Of a stretch of DNA of 64,000 nt, positions 9,623 through 18,563 are shown in pieces. Position numbers and translations under genes: made by a program. The DNA is taken from the sequence record MZ443769.1. The stretch is one strand, 5' to 3'. The notes beneath the pieces are model-generated. The model did not search any database and was not told the DNA's origin. It saw only the letters and a list, made by a program, of their open reading frames with translations. Every line of letters begins with the position of its first letter. Positions within the stretch are counted from its first letter, which is position 1.

Positions 9623-10082
9623 AGGCGGTCTGTGGCGCGTCTTTCCTGATTACGATTCAGAAGAGATGCTGCTTAAACTGTTGTCTACTATCGGCATAGA
9701 CTCCGATGATGAATCTGTGCCTGATGAATTCCACGTTACTCTCGCTTATGATATGTCTAATCCAGACGTCAAAGCAGAGATCAACGATCCAGGGGAATTC
9801 TTCGGCGTAGTGAAAGAGGCAACGCTGTTCGGTGAGGGTCAAGATAAGATTCTTGTTCTCGTACTTGAGTCCGAAGACTTGCAGCGCGAACACAATCGCA
9901 TTCATGCGTGTGGCGCAGCAACGTTTAAACACTCTCCGTACAAACCTCACGTTACTCTCACTCATGCGGCGAAAGATAGTCACGCAGAATTCCTGAATCA
10001 GGTTATCTCGCATCCGGGTCGCCCTCCAATTACTTTGCGCTTCATCGAAGAAGACCGCAAGGTGCTTGTACCGAAAGACTAA
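9615..10082 (+). CDS. acb1: 2H phosphoesterase, Acb1 (T4 gp57B)-like
   Basis: Two HxT motifs (FHVTLAY, PHVTLTH); LVLVLESEDL...H...GA...Y.PHVTL resembles T4 57B as recalled; GAGGA SD before ATG 9615. Confidence 0.8.
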   Translation: MVKGGLWRVFPDYDSEEMLLKLLSTIGIDSDDESVPDEFHVTLAYDMSNPDVKAEINDPGEFFGVVKEATLFGEGQDKILVLVLESEDLQREHNRIHACGAATFKHSPYKPHVTLTHAAKDSHAEFLNQVISHPGRPPITLRFIEEDRKVLVPKD

Positions 10083-10091
10083 CCCAATCAG

Positions 10092-10118
10092 AGCGGTGGC
10101 CATTGTGCTGCCGCTTTT
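10092..10118 (+). terminator. putative terminator
   Basis: AGCGGTGGC/GCTGCCGCT stem followed by TTT. Confidence 0.55.
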
Positions 10119-10137
10119 GTCATTTGAGGACAAAACA

Positions 10138-10455
10138 ATGGAAATGCTCATTAGCCTTAGCCATGAGATTCGCATCGAAGAACAGGATGTGAAGCCCGTT
10201 ACTCAACCAACTGATCAAGCGCAGCAGGCCCTTGCGTTAAAAGACCAACAACGTATCGTAGAGGATTACGGTATTGACGCCTCACCTGAGGAAATTGAAA
10301 AAGGTGAGAAAGAGCGCACAGAGCAGGAAGAAGAGAAAGCAGAGGAAGCAAAGAAAACTGTGCCTCAGGATTTGGGTCAGTTCAAACAGTCTGATGAATC
10401 AGAGAACAATGCGGCTAAGATCCAGCAATCTCATGATAACCTCACAGACCTGTAG
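10138..10455 (+). CDS. acidic Q/E-rich protein
   Basis: GAGGA SD before ATG 10138; begins MEMLISLS. Confidence 0.7.
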   Translation: MEMLISLSHEIRIEEQDVKPVTQPTDQAQQALALKDQQRIVEDYGIDASPEEIEKGEKERTEQEEEKAEEAKKTVPQDLGQFKQSDESENNAAKIQQSHDNLTDL

Positions 10456-10459
10456 GAAT

Positions 10460-10466
10460 CTGTAAA
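10460..10466 (+). promoter_or_regulatory. CTGTAAA motif
   Basis: AATCTGTAAAT in the gap upstream of the sigma-like gene. Confidence 0.55.
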
Positions 10467-10500
10467 TATGAGTCAAAGCAACTGACAGGTGTATTTGACC

Positions 10501-11538
10501 ATGAGCGATAAGTCTAATCTCACGGGTGGTCAGATTGAGAGTGTGATGGACACACTTCTTCATGACTGCCTTAGTGAGATTGTTGAGAATACAAATATCT
10601 TTGACGTGCAACTGACATATCTACTCGGTCTTATCACGTCTAATAAAAAGCGAAAGCCGTACAACGCAGAAACCCGCGAACGTGCGATAAGCCTGCTGAT
10701 CAAAGCACTCTCTGTTACGCGGGACCAGAAGATGGTTTATATCCGCGAGCTTAAAATGGAACGTAACTTTATCTACGTCTTCCTGGACAATGTAATTAAG
10801 CGATACTACGCGACGTATGTTGATCTGTATCGCTGCTTTATCGTGACTGCCGATGTGAACAAGCGTATTCGTTATGCTCAACGCCTTGACGTGTACGTTA
10901 AGATGTTCGGTGCGGATTCACGATCAAAGTTGTTTGTAGCACTCAATCGCCTCAATGATTTGCTTCCGCACTTCATGGAATATTTCCATTCGGTTGTTGC
11001 TGACTTCTATCGTCTGTGTACAAAGCAGACACGATTTTATGTTGATACCAATAAAGGCAAACAGTACGACAGCAAAGATGTTCGACAGAACTTCCTGCGC
11101 AACGTCATTATTGCGATCAACAAGTATGACTCGTCGCGTGGTGCGATTGTGAGTTATACGAAGTGGTGGATTCTGAACGCTCAAACCTGTAGCAGTAGCG
11201 AACACGAATATGGGATCGCGTATACAATACCGCAGACCCAGCGTAAGAAACTCGCAACAGGTGAAGATACCACTTCACTCAATTTCTCGGTTAGTCTCGA
11301 TGCTCCGACTTCTGAATCTGATGAAGGACCGGACGCGAGCCTCCATCAAAAAGTGAGTGACCATCATCACTTAGAAGATCACGTCGATAGCGAAAGACGA
11401 ACCGGAAAGCTGAGACTCTTGATTAAGCGTGTAGACCCGTTGGGTGTCGCTCGCCTCACGATGGATGTGGGTGAGGAGTTCGACAAAGACGAACTGGAAT
11501 TTATGCGCCGTTACATGAAGTCTCAACGGCTAGCCTAA
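10501..11538 (+). CDS. phage sigma70-like transcription factor
   Basis: IAINKYDSSRGAIVSYTKWWI matches sigma region 2.3-2.4; VSLDAP matches region 3.2; region 4 degenerate. GTG 10489 is an alternative start. Confidence 0.75.
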   Translation: MSDKSNLTGGQIESVMDTLLHDCLSEIVENTNIFDVQLTYLLGLITSNKKRKPYNAETRERAISLLIKALSVTRDQKMVYIRELKMERNFIYVFLDNVIKRYYATYVDLYRCFIVTADVNKRIRYAQRLDVYVKMFGADSRSKLFVALNRLNDLLPHFMEYFHSVVADFYRLCTKQTRFYVDTNKGKQYDSKDVRQNFLRNVIIAINKYDSSRGAIVSYTKWWILNAQTCSSSEHEYGIAYTIPQTQRKKLATGEDTTSLNFSVSLDAPTSESDEGPDASLHQKVSDHHHLEDHVDSERRTGKLRLLIKRVDPLGVARLTMDVGEEFDKDELEFMRRYMKSQRLA

Positions 11539-11540
11539 AA

Positions 11541-11547
11541 CTGTAAA
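11541..11547 (+). promoter_or_regulatory. CTGTAAA motif
   Basis: Intergenic, upstream of the SSB gene. Confidence 0.55.
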
Positions 11548-11582
11548 CATTGCGAAAGCAAACTCAATATTGAGGATATATA

Positions 11583-12845
11583 ATGGCACGTGGATTTGAT
11601 AACATCAGCGACAACAGTAAGCGCGACAGCTTACGTGAGTCGGATATCTTTGAGATTTATCCGTTAGCGAAAAAAGCTGCTGGCGGCTGGGTGTCTATTC
11701 GTTTACTTGAAACTGACCTGCTGCCTATCAAAAAGCACTGGATCAAAATCATGGGCGGCAAAGACAAAGACAAAGAAATCAAAATCCCACGTCTTTGTGT
11801 TAGCTTCGACCCTGACAATGCCGGTAAACCGTTACGCGGTATGAAGTGTCCGTACTGCGGCATTGCTCACGGTAACGACGAATCAGGTGCACCAGCGCAG
11901 TACGACTTTAAGTGGTATGCGCAAGCGATTGTTCGTGATGAACAAGAAACTCAGCCACGCAAATTGCCGAAGCACACGAAGCAAGAGCTGAAAACGAAAA
12001 AGAAAGAAAAAGGCTCAGAAAGCTGGACTCCGGTATTTTGTATTCCGCTCACTAACAGTCTGGCTGGTCGTATCAAAGAGCTGGGCGAGCGCAACATTCA
12101 CAACGTTAAAGACAAAAAGTCTGGCAAGAAGTCTAAGCAAGCGTTTCAGGTCAATCATCCGAAGTACGGCTGTGACATTGAAATCAAATACAACGCTAAG
12201 AAATCTCCTGCCGAGCGTTACTCAATCGAACGCGGTGAGCATAAGCCGCTGACCGAAGAAGAAAAAGAATATCTGACCTGGGACTTCGAAAACTGGGAAG
12301 AGATTTATGATCTTCTCGGCCGTCTGTCAGAAGCAGATGCTCTTGCTGACTTCAAGAAGATGGACGTTCTCGGCGTCGAACCTGATGATAGCGATGACGA
12401 CGAAGACGACGATGACGATGGCATGTCATTGGGCAAGAAAGGTAAAAAGTCCAAGAAGTCTCGCAAAGACGATGACGACGAAGACGACGAGGATGACGAA
12501 GACGAACGACCGTCTAAGAAATCCAAGAAGTCCAAGCCTTCTAAGTCTAAGCGTCTGCTTGACGATGATGAAGACGACGAAGACGAAGATGATGAAGACG
12601 AAGACGATCGTCCATCTAAAAAGTCCAAGAAGTCTTCTAAGGACAAAAAGTCAGTGAAGTCCAAGAAGTCTAAAAAATCCAGTCGTGACGATGACGACGA
12701 AGATGATGAAGACGAAGACGAAAAGCCTAAGAAGAAGAAAAAGAAATCTTCTTCTGCTGACAAGTCTTCCGTGAAGAAGAAGAAAAAGAAATCTTCTGAC
12801 GACGATGAAGACGAAAAGCCAAAGAAAAAGAAAAAGAAAAAGTAA
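11583..12845 (+). CDS. T4 gp32-like ssDNA-binding protein with long D/E- and K-block tail
   Basis: HWIKI...CPYC...WYAQAIVRD...YGCDIEIK pattern recalls gp32; adjacent to the recombinase; C-terminal ~150 aa low complexity. Confidence 0.6.
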   Translation: MARGFDNISDNSKRDSLRESDIFEIYPLAKKAAGGWVSIRLLETDLLPIKKHWIKIMGGKDKDKEIKIPRLCVSFDPDNAGKPLRGMKCPYCGIAHGNDESGAPAQYDFKWYAQAIVRDEQETQPRKLPKHTKQELKTKKKEKGSESWTPVFCIPLTNSLAGRIKELGERNIHNVKDKKSGKKSKQAFQVNHPKYGCDIEIKYNAKKSPAERYSIERGEHKPLTEEEKEYLTWDFENWEEIYDLLGRLSEADALADFKKMDVLGVEPDDSDDDEDDDDDGMSLGKKGKKSKKSRKDDDDEDDEDDEDERPSKKSKKSKPSKSKRLLDDDEDDEDEDDEDEDDRPSKKSKKSSKDKKSVKSKKSKKSSRDDDDEDDEDEDEKPKKKKKKSSSADKSSVKKKKKKSSDDDEDEKPKKKKKKK

Positions 12846-12857
12846 CTGATCGATCAC

Positions 12858-12887
12858 ATGGGGTGGCATAAGCTGCCCCATTCTTTT
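12858..12887 (+). terminator. putative terminator
   Basis: ATGGGGTGGC/GCTGCCCCAT stem followed by TCTTTT. Confidence 0.6.
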
Positions 12888-12910
12888 CTCTAATCAGGAA
12901 TTACCTCTCG

Positions 12911-15403
12911 ATGGCCAAAGAGAAGAAAGTAAAAGAACCCAAAGCTAAGAAAGCAAAAGCTGTTGCTTCGGACGATGTGGGTGGAAAAGAGATTAAGGTG
13001 TTTAGTCTCTCAAGCATGATGGACGACACGCTCGATCTCATTGAGAAGAAAACGAAAGTAAGTTCTCAGGATGCAGCGCGTCACGCACCACGTATCTCAA
13101 CTGGTGTGCTCGCTCTCGATATGTATCTCGATGGCGGTATTGTACCTGGTGGCTGGTACACATTCGCAGGCGGTGAGCAGTCCTGTAAGTCTACGATGAC
13201 CATGAGTATCATGGCGTCTCTGATTCGACTGAAATATAAAGGGACCAGCGTAGTATTCGACTACGAAGGTTCAACCGATGCTGACTACGTTGCTGGTCAG
13301 TTGAAAACGTTTGGCGTTACTGTCGATCCGAAAACAATCTTCGGTGTGCGTGATACTGATGGTGGCGGCTGGATCATCAAACCTCAGATCCGCTACTACG
13401 CACCTGATAACGGTGAGCGCTTCTTCGATTACATGTCGATGCTGCGTCGTCGTCTGCCGAACAAAATCGTTGAGAAAGACGGCTCTGCGTATTACGTCTT
13501 TGAGAACACCAAAGAGAACGCGAAGAAAGTCGCTGGCTTCTACGATAAGAAGTGGTTCAGTCGTAACAACGAATTCAAAGTACCTGCCGAAGATGCACAC
13601 ATGCAGGCTATGGTTATCGTTGACTCATATCCGGCCATGATGCCTGATGCTGTCGATGATGACGATGGTTCAAAAGCAATGGCGATGCAGGCGCGTATGT
13701 TCTCTGACGGTATCAAACGTTTCCGTGGCGGTATGCGTCGTAAGATGATGACTATCGTTGGCGTTAACCAGATTCGTCTGAAACCTGCTGTGATGTTCGG
13801 CCCGCCTGAGTACGAGCCGTGTGGTGAAGCGTTGAAGTTCTATTGCTTCGCGTCTGACACTAACATCCGTACTGATCACGGTGTGCTGACTGCACCTCAG
13901 ATCAAAGAGCTGCTGGATGATGGTAAAGACGTTAGCGTTGAATCGTTCGACGGCTTCCAACAGATCGTTCAGGCGTGGAAAGTCGATGACGCTCCATTCC
14001 CTATCGAGCTGTACGCTGGTGGTCACGCATATGTTGGCAGTGCAGAGCACCGTCAGTTCACGCTGATGCACGACACAACCGATGATGGTATGCGTGTGTT
14101 ACGCCCTGAGTGGAACACGCTCAATCAGCTTGCGCAATTCCCAAGCGCCGAAGGCCAGTACGCAGCGTTGCGTGTTGCTAAAGTTGAAGAACTGAAACAG
14201 CATACGCCTGACGTGTATGATGAATCTTCCGCTGCTGTTAAACGCCTACTCGCTAACTGCGATCCACAAAGCAAGCAACTGCCTCTCGTATCTAAAGGTG
14301 ATACGACGTATGCAGCGAACTGCCTCGTGATTGATATGGTTGGTGATAGCACTGACCAGTCAGACTTCGAGCTGTGGGTTAAGCACTTCATGAACATCGG
14401 TATCTTGGCGTTTGCTGATGCTAACGGTATCTGGTTGCCGGGTCTGCATAAGCATGAGCTGGAAGAAGCCTTAGTTCAAGATGCTCTCGGTGCACACGCA
14501 GGTATCAGTGATGCTTCGTCCGCTCGTCAACGTCAGACTCAGATGCTGACTGTGATCGCTGACGTATTCCCTGAACTGACTCGTTACGTCCTCGACTACA
14601 ACCTGACTAACGAGCCTATATATCTGGCTCCTGGTTATGATTTCGCGGAAGCGCTTGACGCAATTCTGCATAAAGAAATCAGCGGTTACGACGACCAGTA
14701 CGATCTGCTGATGACTCAGCTTGCGTACATCGAAGACTGGTACACGGTCTGTGACTCAATCGTTCCTGTTCCGTTCTCTCTTCGCGCTCTCGACCGTGCT
14801 GTTGAGTTCTGGGATGTTAACGTTGCATCAACCTCAGTCGTTATCACGAACAACTTCGCATCGCATAACAGTGACGTGCGCGTTCGTCTGACTTCTCGCG
14901 CTGTGCCTCAGGGCTGGCCTGTGATGAAAGACGCTCACGGTATCGTCGGCGAGAAGTCTGTTACTGTTGAAGGTGGTACTGACCGCTATCGTTTCATTGC
15001 GGCTAAGACTACCAAGAACAAGATGGGTGGCATCCCGAATCAGCAAACGTGGATGCGTTTGTGGGAAGCAGATGGTAATGGTGAAGCGCGTGGCTTCGAC
15101 CCAGTGTTTGACTGCTGGCATTATCTGAAAACCCTGGGCTTGATCAACGGTACGCGCAAGAACTTCAAAATGAAAGCGCCGTGTCCTCTCGCATCTGATG
15201 TTAAGATCGATTGGGACGAGTTCCGTACTTTGATCAACGGTAACAAGCAACAAATCATTGACGTGTGTCGTAAGCTGAAAGTGAAGAAGCCTCTGTCTCT
15301 GCGTACGTGGTGCTTCAAGTTCGTGCAGTCCACACAGGGCAAAGAGATGTTGAAAGCGTCTATCAGTAAGTCGGCTAAGGTCGAAGACGACGAAGACGAT
15401 TAA
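12911..15403 (+). CDS. recA: RecA/UvsX-like recombinase interrupted by an intein
   Basis: RISTGVLALD, Walker A GGEQSCKST, IVDSYPAM, GVNQIR, GEALKFY motifs. Confidence 0.9.
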   Translation: MAKEKKVKEPKAKKAKAVASDDVGGKEIKVFSLSSMMDDTLDLIEKKTKVSSQDAARHAPRISTGVLALDMYLDGGIVPGGWYTFAGGEQSCKSTMTMSIMASLIRLKYKGTSVVFDYEGSTDADYVAGQLKTFGVTVDPKTIFGVRDTDGGGWIIKPQIRYYAPDNGERFFDYMSMLRRRLPNKIVEKDGSAYYVFENTKENAKKVAGFYDKKWFSRNNEFKVPAEDAHMQAMVIVDSYPAMMPDAVDDDDGSKAMAMQARMFSDGIKRFRGGMRRKMMTIVGVNQIRLKPAVMFGPPEYEPCGEALKFYCFASDTNIRTDHGVLTAPQIKELLDDGKDVSVESFDGFQQIVQAWKVDDAPFPIELYAGGHAYVGSAEHRQFTLMHDTTDDGMRVLRPEWNTLNQLAQFPSAEGQYAALRVAKVEELKQHTPDVYDESSAAVKRLLANCDPQSKQLPLVSKGDTTYAANCLVIDMVGDSTDQSDFELWVKHFMNIGILAFADANGIWLPGLHKHELEEALVQDALGAHAGISDASSARQRQTQMLTVIADVFPELTRYVLDYNLTNEPIYLAPGYDFAEALDAILHKEISGYDDQYDLLMTQLAYIEDWYTVCDSIVPVPFSLRALDRAVEFWDVNVASTSVVITNNFASHNSDVRVRLTSRAVPQGWPVMKDAHGIVGEKSVTVEGGTDRYRFIAAKTTKNKMGGIPNQQTWMRLWEADGNGEARGFDPVFDCWHYLKTLGLINGTRKNFKMKAPCPLASDVKIDWDEFRTLINGNKQQIIDVCRKLKVKKPLSLRTWCFKFVQSTQGKEMLKASISKSAKVEDDEDD
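13844..14869 (+). mobile_element. intein (342 aa) in recA
   Basis: Starts CFASDT after ALKFY; block B SAEH; ends SHN followed by extein Ser; removal restores ALKFY-SDVRVRL. Confidence 0.9.
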
Positions 15404-15414
15404 TATAAACCAAT

Positions 15415-15443
15415 AGAGGCGGGCTTCGGCTCGCCCTTTCTTT
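15415..15443 (+). terminator. terminator with UUCG loop
   Basis: GGCGGGC-TTCG-GCTCGCC then CTTTCTTT. Confidence 0.75.
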
Positions 15444-15458
15444 AACAGGAAAAATGAA

Positions 15459-15836
15459 ATGTCAAAAACGTATCTCGCTGATATCGGAAACTTAGGTCTT
15501 ATCAAACTGGCTATCAATGCTGACGTTCGCCCTCTGAATATCGAAACGCTCAAAGAGCTGGACTCTGCTGATCTGCCTACTGACCTGAACCGTGTGTACA
15601 TCGTTGGTGCTAACGTCGCGCCTGCTATGTTCACTGAACTCGAAAGCTACATCGACCCGTCTGAACTCGTTGCTGACGTTGAGAAAGGTAATATCGGCAA
15701 GCTGTTCAACCGTGATGTTATTCGCAGCGAACAGGTAGACCCTGATATGCTGGCGCTGGTCCTGCTGTTTAGTCCGAACAATGACAGCGAAGCACTCGAA
15801 GTTCTCGGCTTTGCTGCTGTGAAGATTAATCTGTAA
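15459..15836 (+). CDS. hypothetical protein (125 aa)
   Basis: AGGA SD; strong codon bias. Confidence 0.75.
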   Translation: MSKTYLADIGNLGLIKLAINADVRPLNIETLKELDSADLPTDLNRVYIVGANVAPAMFTELESYIDPSELVADVEKGNIGKLFNRDVIRSEQVDPDMLALVLLFSPNNDSEALEVLGFAAVKINL

Positions 15837-15837
15837 A
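15831..15837 (+). promoter_or_regulatory. CTGTAAA motif
   Basis: Overlaps the stop codon; followed by a 9-bp hairpin at ~15847-15869. Confidence 0.5.
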
Positions 15838-15910
15838 TACAACACAGAGCGAGAGATTCACTCTCGCTCACATTCAACTCGATAGACCATAAGGTCAGGA
15901 GTATTAGACG

Positions 15911-16630
15911 ATGAAAAGAATTCACGTACAGACATTACCGCTAGACGCACTCAACGGACTTGTTCACGGTTTCCACCACCATGAACGTCACCACAATTTC
16001 GGTCGGGTCGATGTATCTTTATATTACATGGACGTGACAGCTCAAGCAGCGCAGAACTCCTTGTTCTCTATTTTGAAAAAAGAAAAGCATAACATCAAAC
16101 CTGTGGGTTACGATAGTATCAGCTCTGTTCAAGGTAAAACGCTGCCTGAAATAGCTGGCACTGTGTTATCTACTAGCCTGCTTCACGTTGACCGTGTATC
16201 TATCGCATCTAACCTAAACGACATGTTTGGCAGTATGCGCCGCTCTGGACTCACTAAACAAAGCACAATAACAATTTACGGTGAGCCTGGAATTGAGAAG
16301 CTTATGCACATGGCGAACGACGTTGCATACGCAGCATATAGCGAAGCCGATAACTCCTCAATCCGACTAGGCCATGAAGGTACGACGACAAATCTTCCGT
16401 TAGATACTCTCATGAAACTTATTCTCGATACTGAGAAGAACATTTGTGCTATGATTCATAATTCGCCTGCGAACGTATACACGTTTGGTCCTGAGCTTAC
16501 GATCTTGGACCCTGAGTGGTTGTCTAAGTTTCTTTCGTGTGTGAAGCGTACAGGCAAGAGCGCACATCTTCATCCAGAACTTCATCGTAAGTTTTTTGAC
16601 GCTGAAATTTCCATTTACGAATTCGTATAA
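15911..16630 (+). CDS. hypothetical protein (239 aa)
   Basis: ORF track. Confidence 0.7.
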   Translation: MKRIHVQTLPLDALNGLVHGFHHHERHHNFGRVDVSLYYMDVTAQAAQNSLFSILKKEKHNIKPVGYDSISSVQGKTLPEIAGTVLSTSLLHVDRVSIASNLNDMFGSMRRSGLTKQSTITIYGEPGIEKLMHMANDVAYAAYSEADNSSIRLGHEGTTTNLPLDTLMKLILDTEKNICAMIHNSPANVYTFGPELTILDPEWLSKFLSCVKRTGKSAHLHPELHRKFFDAEISIYEFV

Positions 16631-16669
16631 CTGAACACAATGCTGTGTGTAGTCTTTGCCAATTGGCAC

Positions 16670-16699
16670 GGGAGATCATGATGGTCTCCCATTTTTTTT
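16670..16699 (+). terminator. rho-independent terminator
   Basis: GGGAGATC/GGTCTCCC stem followed by a T8 tract. Confidence 0.8.
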
Positions 16700-16736
16700 A
16701 TTTAAATTCCCAGCATATGTCTTGAGAGTCTGCGCT

Positions 16737-17756
16737 ATGTCTAAAGAAACTTACTTAGAAGTACATGATGCCTATATTGCAAACAATTTCTTGCAGGATA
16801 TTCCACGTTCTAAGCTGACAGCTCGCTTCACTGAATATTTGAATCGTGTCAAAGGCGTTGTTCCTTCCAACGGTATTCCTATGGCTGAATTCTTGCAGTG
16901 GGCAAACATGATGCCAGCTAAGGACGAGGAGATCGATTCCCGTAGAATGCTGTTTACGGTTGGCATTGTCTACACGCATTTCATCTGGTCGTTCACTAAA
17001 GCCTCCTATGTTGTTGAGCGTGACATATGGAAGCATCTTGTCGAGAGCGACTCTCCAAAAATACTACCGTCTGCTACACTCAAGCAACTCCCTCACTGGT
17101 CTCAGTGGATTGCAGCACCAGTTACTGTCACACACAAAGACAGCAAGTCCGATACATCTTACATAATTGATTCGGATGGTTTCTGGGCGACCTATGCAAA
17201 TTTCAACGAAACAACCCACATGAACCTGGCCTTTGTTGGGTCTATCAGCATTAATAACGACCGTCATATAATGCACATGCAACTTATCTTTGACATTACC
17301 AAAGATATGGAATTGATTGATGGTTTCGATTGGTTCATGTTTATATTAGGTGAAAATGGAAGTTCACACATAGACCCGAGTACACCAGAAGGTCCTGTCG
17401 TAGCTCGTATTCTTGAAGAATTTATGAAGCCTGTTGTCAACGTTCTTTTGTTCATTGCATCGGAAGTAGACAACATCTACAAGGGAGGTATGAAAAGGTT
17501 TAAACCTCGTAAGCAGGGTAACTCATACAAAGTTATACCAGTGCGCGATGTAAGAGAGTGGCGAGTAGGTACAGAGTTACTTAATGAAATTCGTACTTAC
17601 GAAAACGAAGTAGAGACTGCGAAGTCGCAAGGCCGTCGTGCTCATATACGACGCGGCCATTATCATAACTACTGGTACGGTCCGCGTACTGGTGACCGTC
17701 AGCTCAAATCAAGATGGGTTCCACCTTGTGTTGTTAGAGGCACCATCGAAGATTGA
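16737..17756 (+). CDS. AcrVA2/FinQ-like protein
   Basis: C-terminal RAHIRRGHYHNYWYG...RWVPP plus LPHWSQWI and DGFWATY, colinear with AcrVA2 as recalled. Confidence 0.65.
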   Translation: MSKETYLEVHDAYIANNFLQDIPRSKLTARFTEYLNRVKGVVPSNGIPMAEFLQWANMMPAKDEEIDSRRMLFTVGIVYTHFIWSFTKASYVVERDIWKHLVESDSPKILPSATLKQLPHWSQWIAAPVTVTHKDSKSDTSYIIDSDGFWATYANFNETTHMNLAFVGSISINNDRHIMHMQLIFDITKDMELIDGFDWFMFILGENGSSHIDPSTPEGPVVARILEEFMKPVVNVLLFIASEVDNIYKGGMKRFKPRKQGNSYKVIPVRDVREWRVGTELLNEIRTYENEVETAKSQGRRAHIRRGHYHNYWYGPRTGDRQLKSRWVPPCVVRGTIED

Positions 17757-17801
17757 GTTCTATCAACCTCCACGTATGAGCTGTTAGCTCGGAGAAAAAC
17801 T

Positions 17802-18563
17802 ATGTCCCGTGTACAAAATGTCTATATCCCTGATGTTGAATCGTTTGAACCTTACGTCCGCTCACTGTGTCACATGGCGCGTATACTCGATCAAAATGGT
17901 ACTAACTACAACAAGATGAAACACGTAGTTGTTATCGGTACTTCTAAACGTATGGCAGAAGCTTATGTGCGACAGCTTCTCGGATCAAAAGACCTACCCA
18001 GCAATCTTATCTGCTTCGGTTGTGATGAATCACCTGTCAATCACCGCGAGTTCTCTTACATCGGTTCGCATGTCGTGCTGCTGCCTGAATTGAACTATGC
18101 GTCTGAAAGCGCTTTGGATAAAATCTCACGCCGCGTTATTGAAATGATTTTGAGCCTGAAACAGAAGGACGAAGACACAGAGCTAAAGAATGGCGCTCTC
18201 ACTGTCACGTATCAGAATCCAAGAATCTGGTCATGCCTCATTTCATGTGGGGCCGTCATGAACGCGCCGAACTATGCTAACATTCAGTTCCAGAAAGATT
18301 TGGTGTCTTCCATAGGCGTAGGCCAACTCATGGACTGTATGACGAATGAAGACTACCACGAACTTCATGCGCAAACGATCACGATCGGCCTTGAGTTCCT
18401 GTACGTCAAAACCGAATACATTATTGAGAAACTGCACAACCTGCTGTGGTCACTCAGCTCAACAAACAGTGAGTTCAAGGATAAGCACACGGTAGTCCTG
18501 CACGACGATTTCCGTCTGGCCTTATTCGAACAATATCTGCTCTACGACTTCCGTGGGTTTTAA
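17802..18563 (+). CDS. hypothetical protein (253 aa)
   Basis: GGAG SD; ORF track. Confidence 0.75.
   Translation: MSRVQNVYIPDVESFEPYVRSLCHMARILDQNGTNYNKMKHVVVIGTSKRMAEAYVRQLLGSKDLPSNLICFGCDESPVNHREFSYIGSHVVLLPELNYASESALDKISRRVIEMILSLKQKDEDTELKNGALTVTYQNPRIWSCLISCGAVMNAPNYANIQFQKDLVSSIGVGQLMDCMTNEDYHELHAQTITIGLEFLYVKTEYIIEKLHNLLWSLSSTNSEFKDKHTVVLHDDFRLALFEQYLLYDFRGF

Noticed and set aside
12305-12763. Antisense poly-Ser/Phe ORF
   Set aside because: Reverse complement of the GAY/GAA/AAG repeats in the SSB tail
14834-15634. 266-aa antisense ORF over the recA 3' end
   Set aside because: Shadow of a strongly codon-biased sense gene; no SD or motifs
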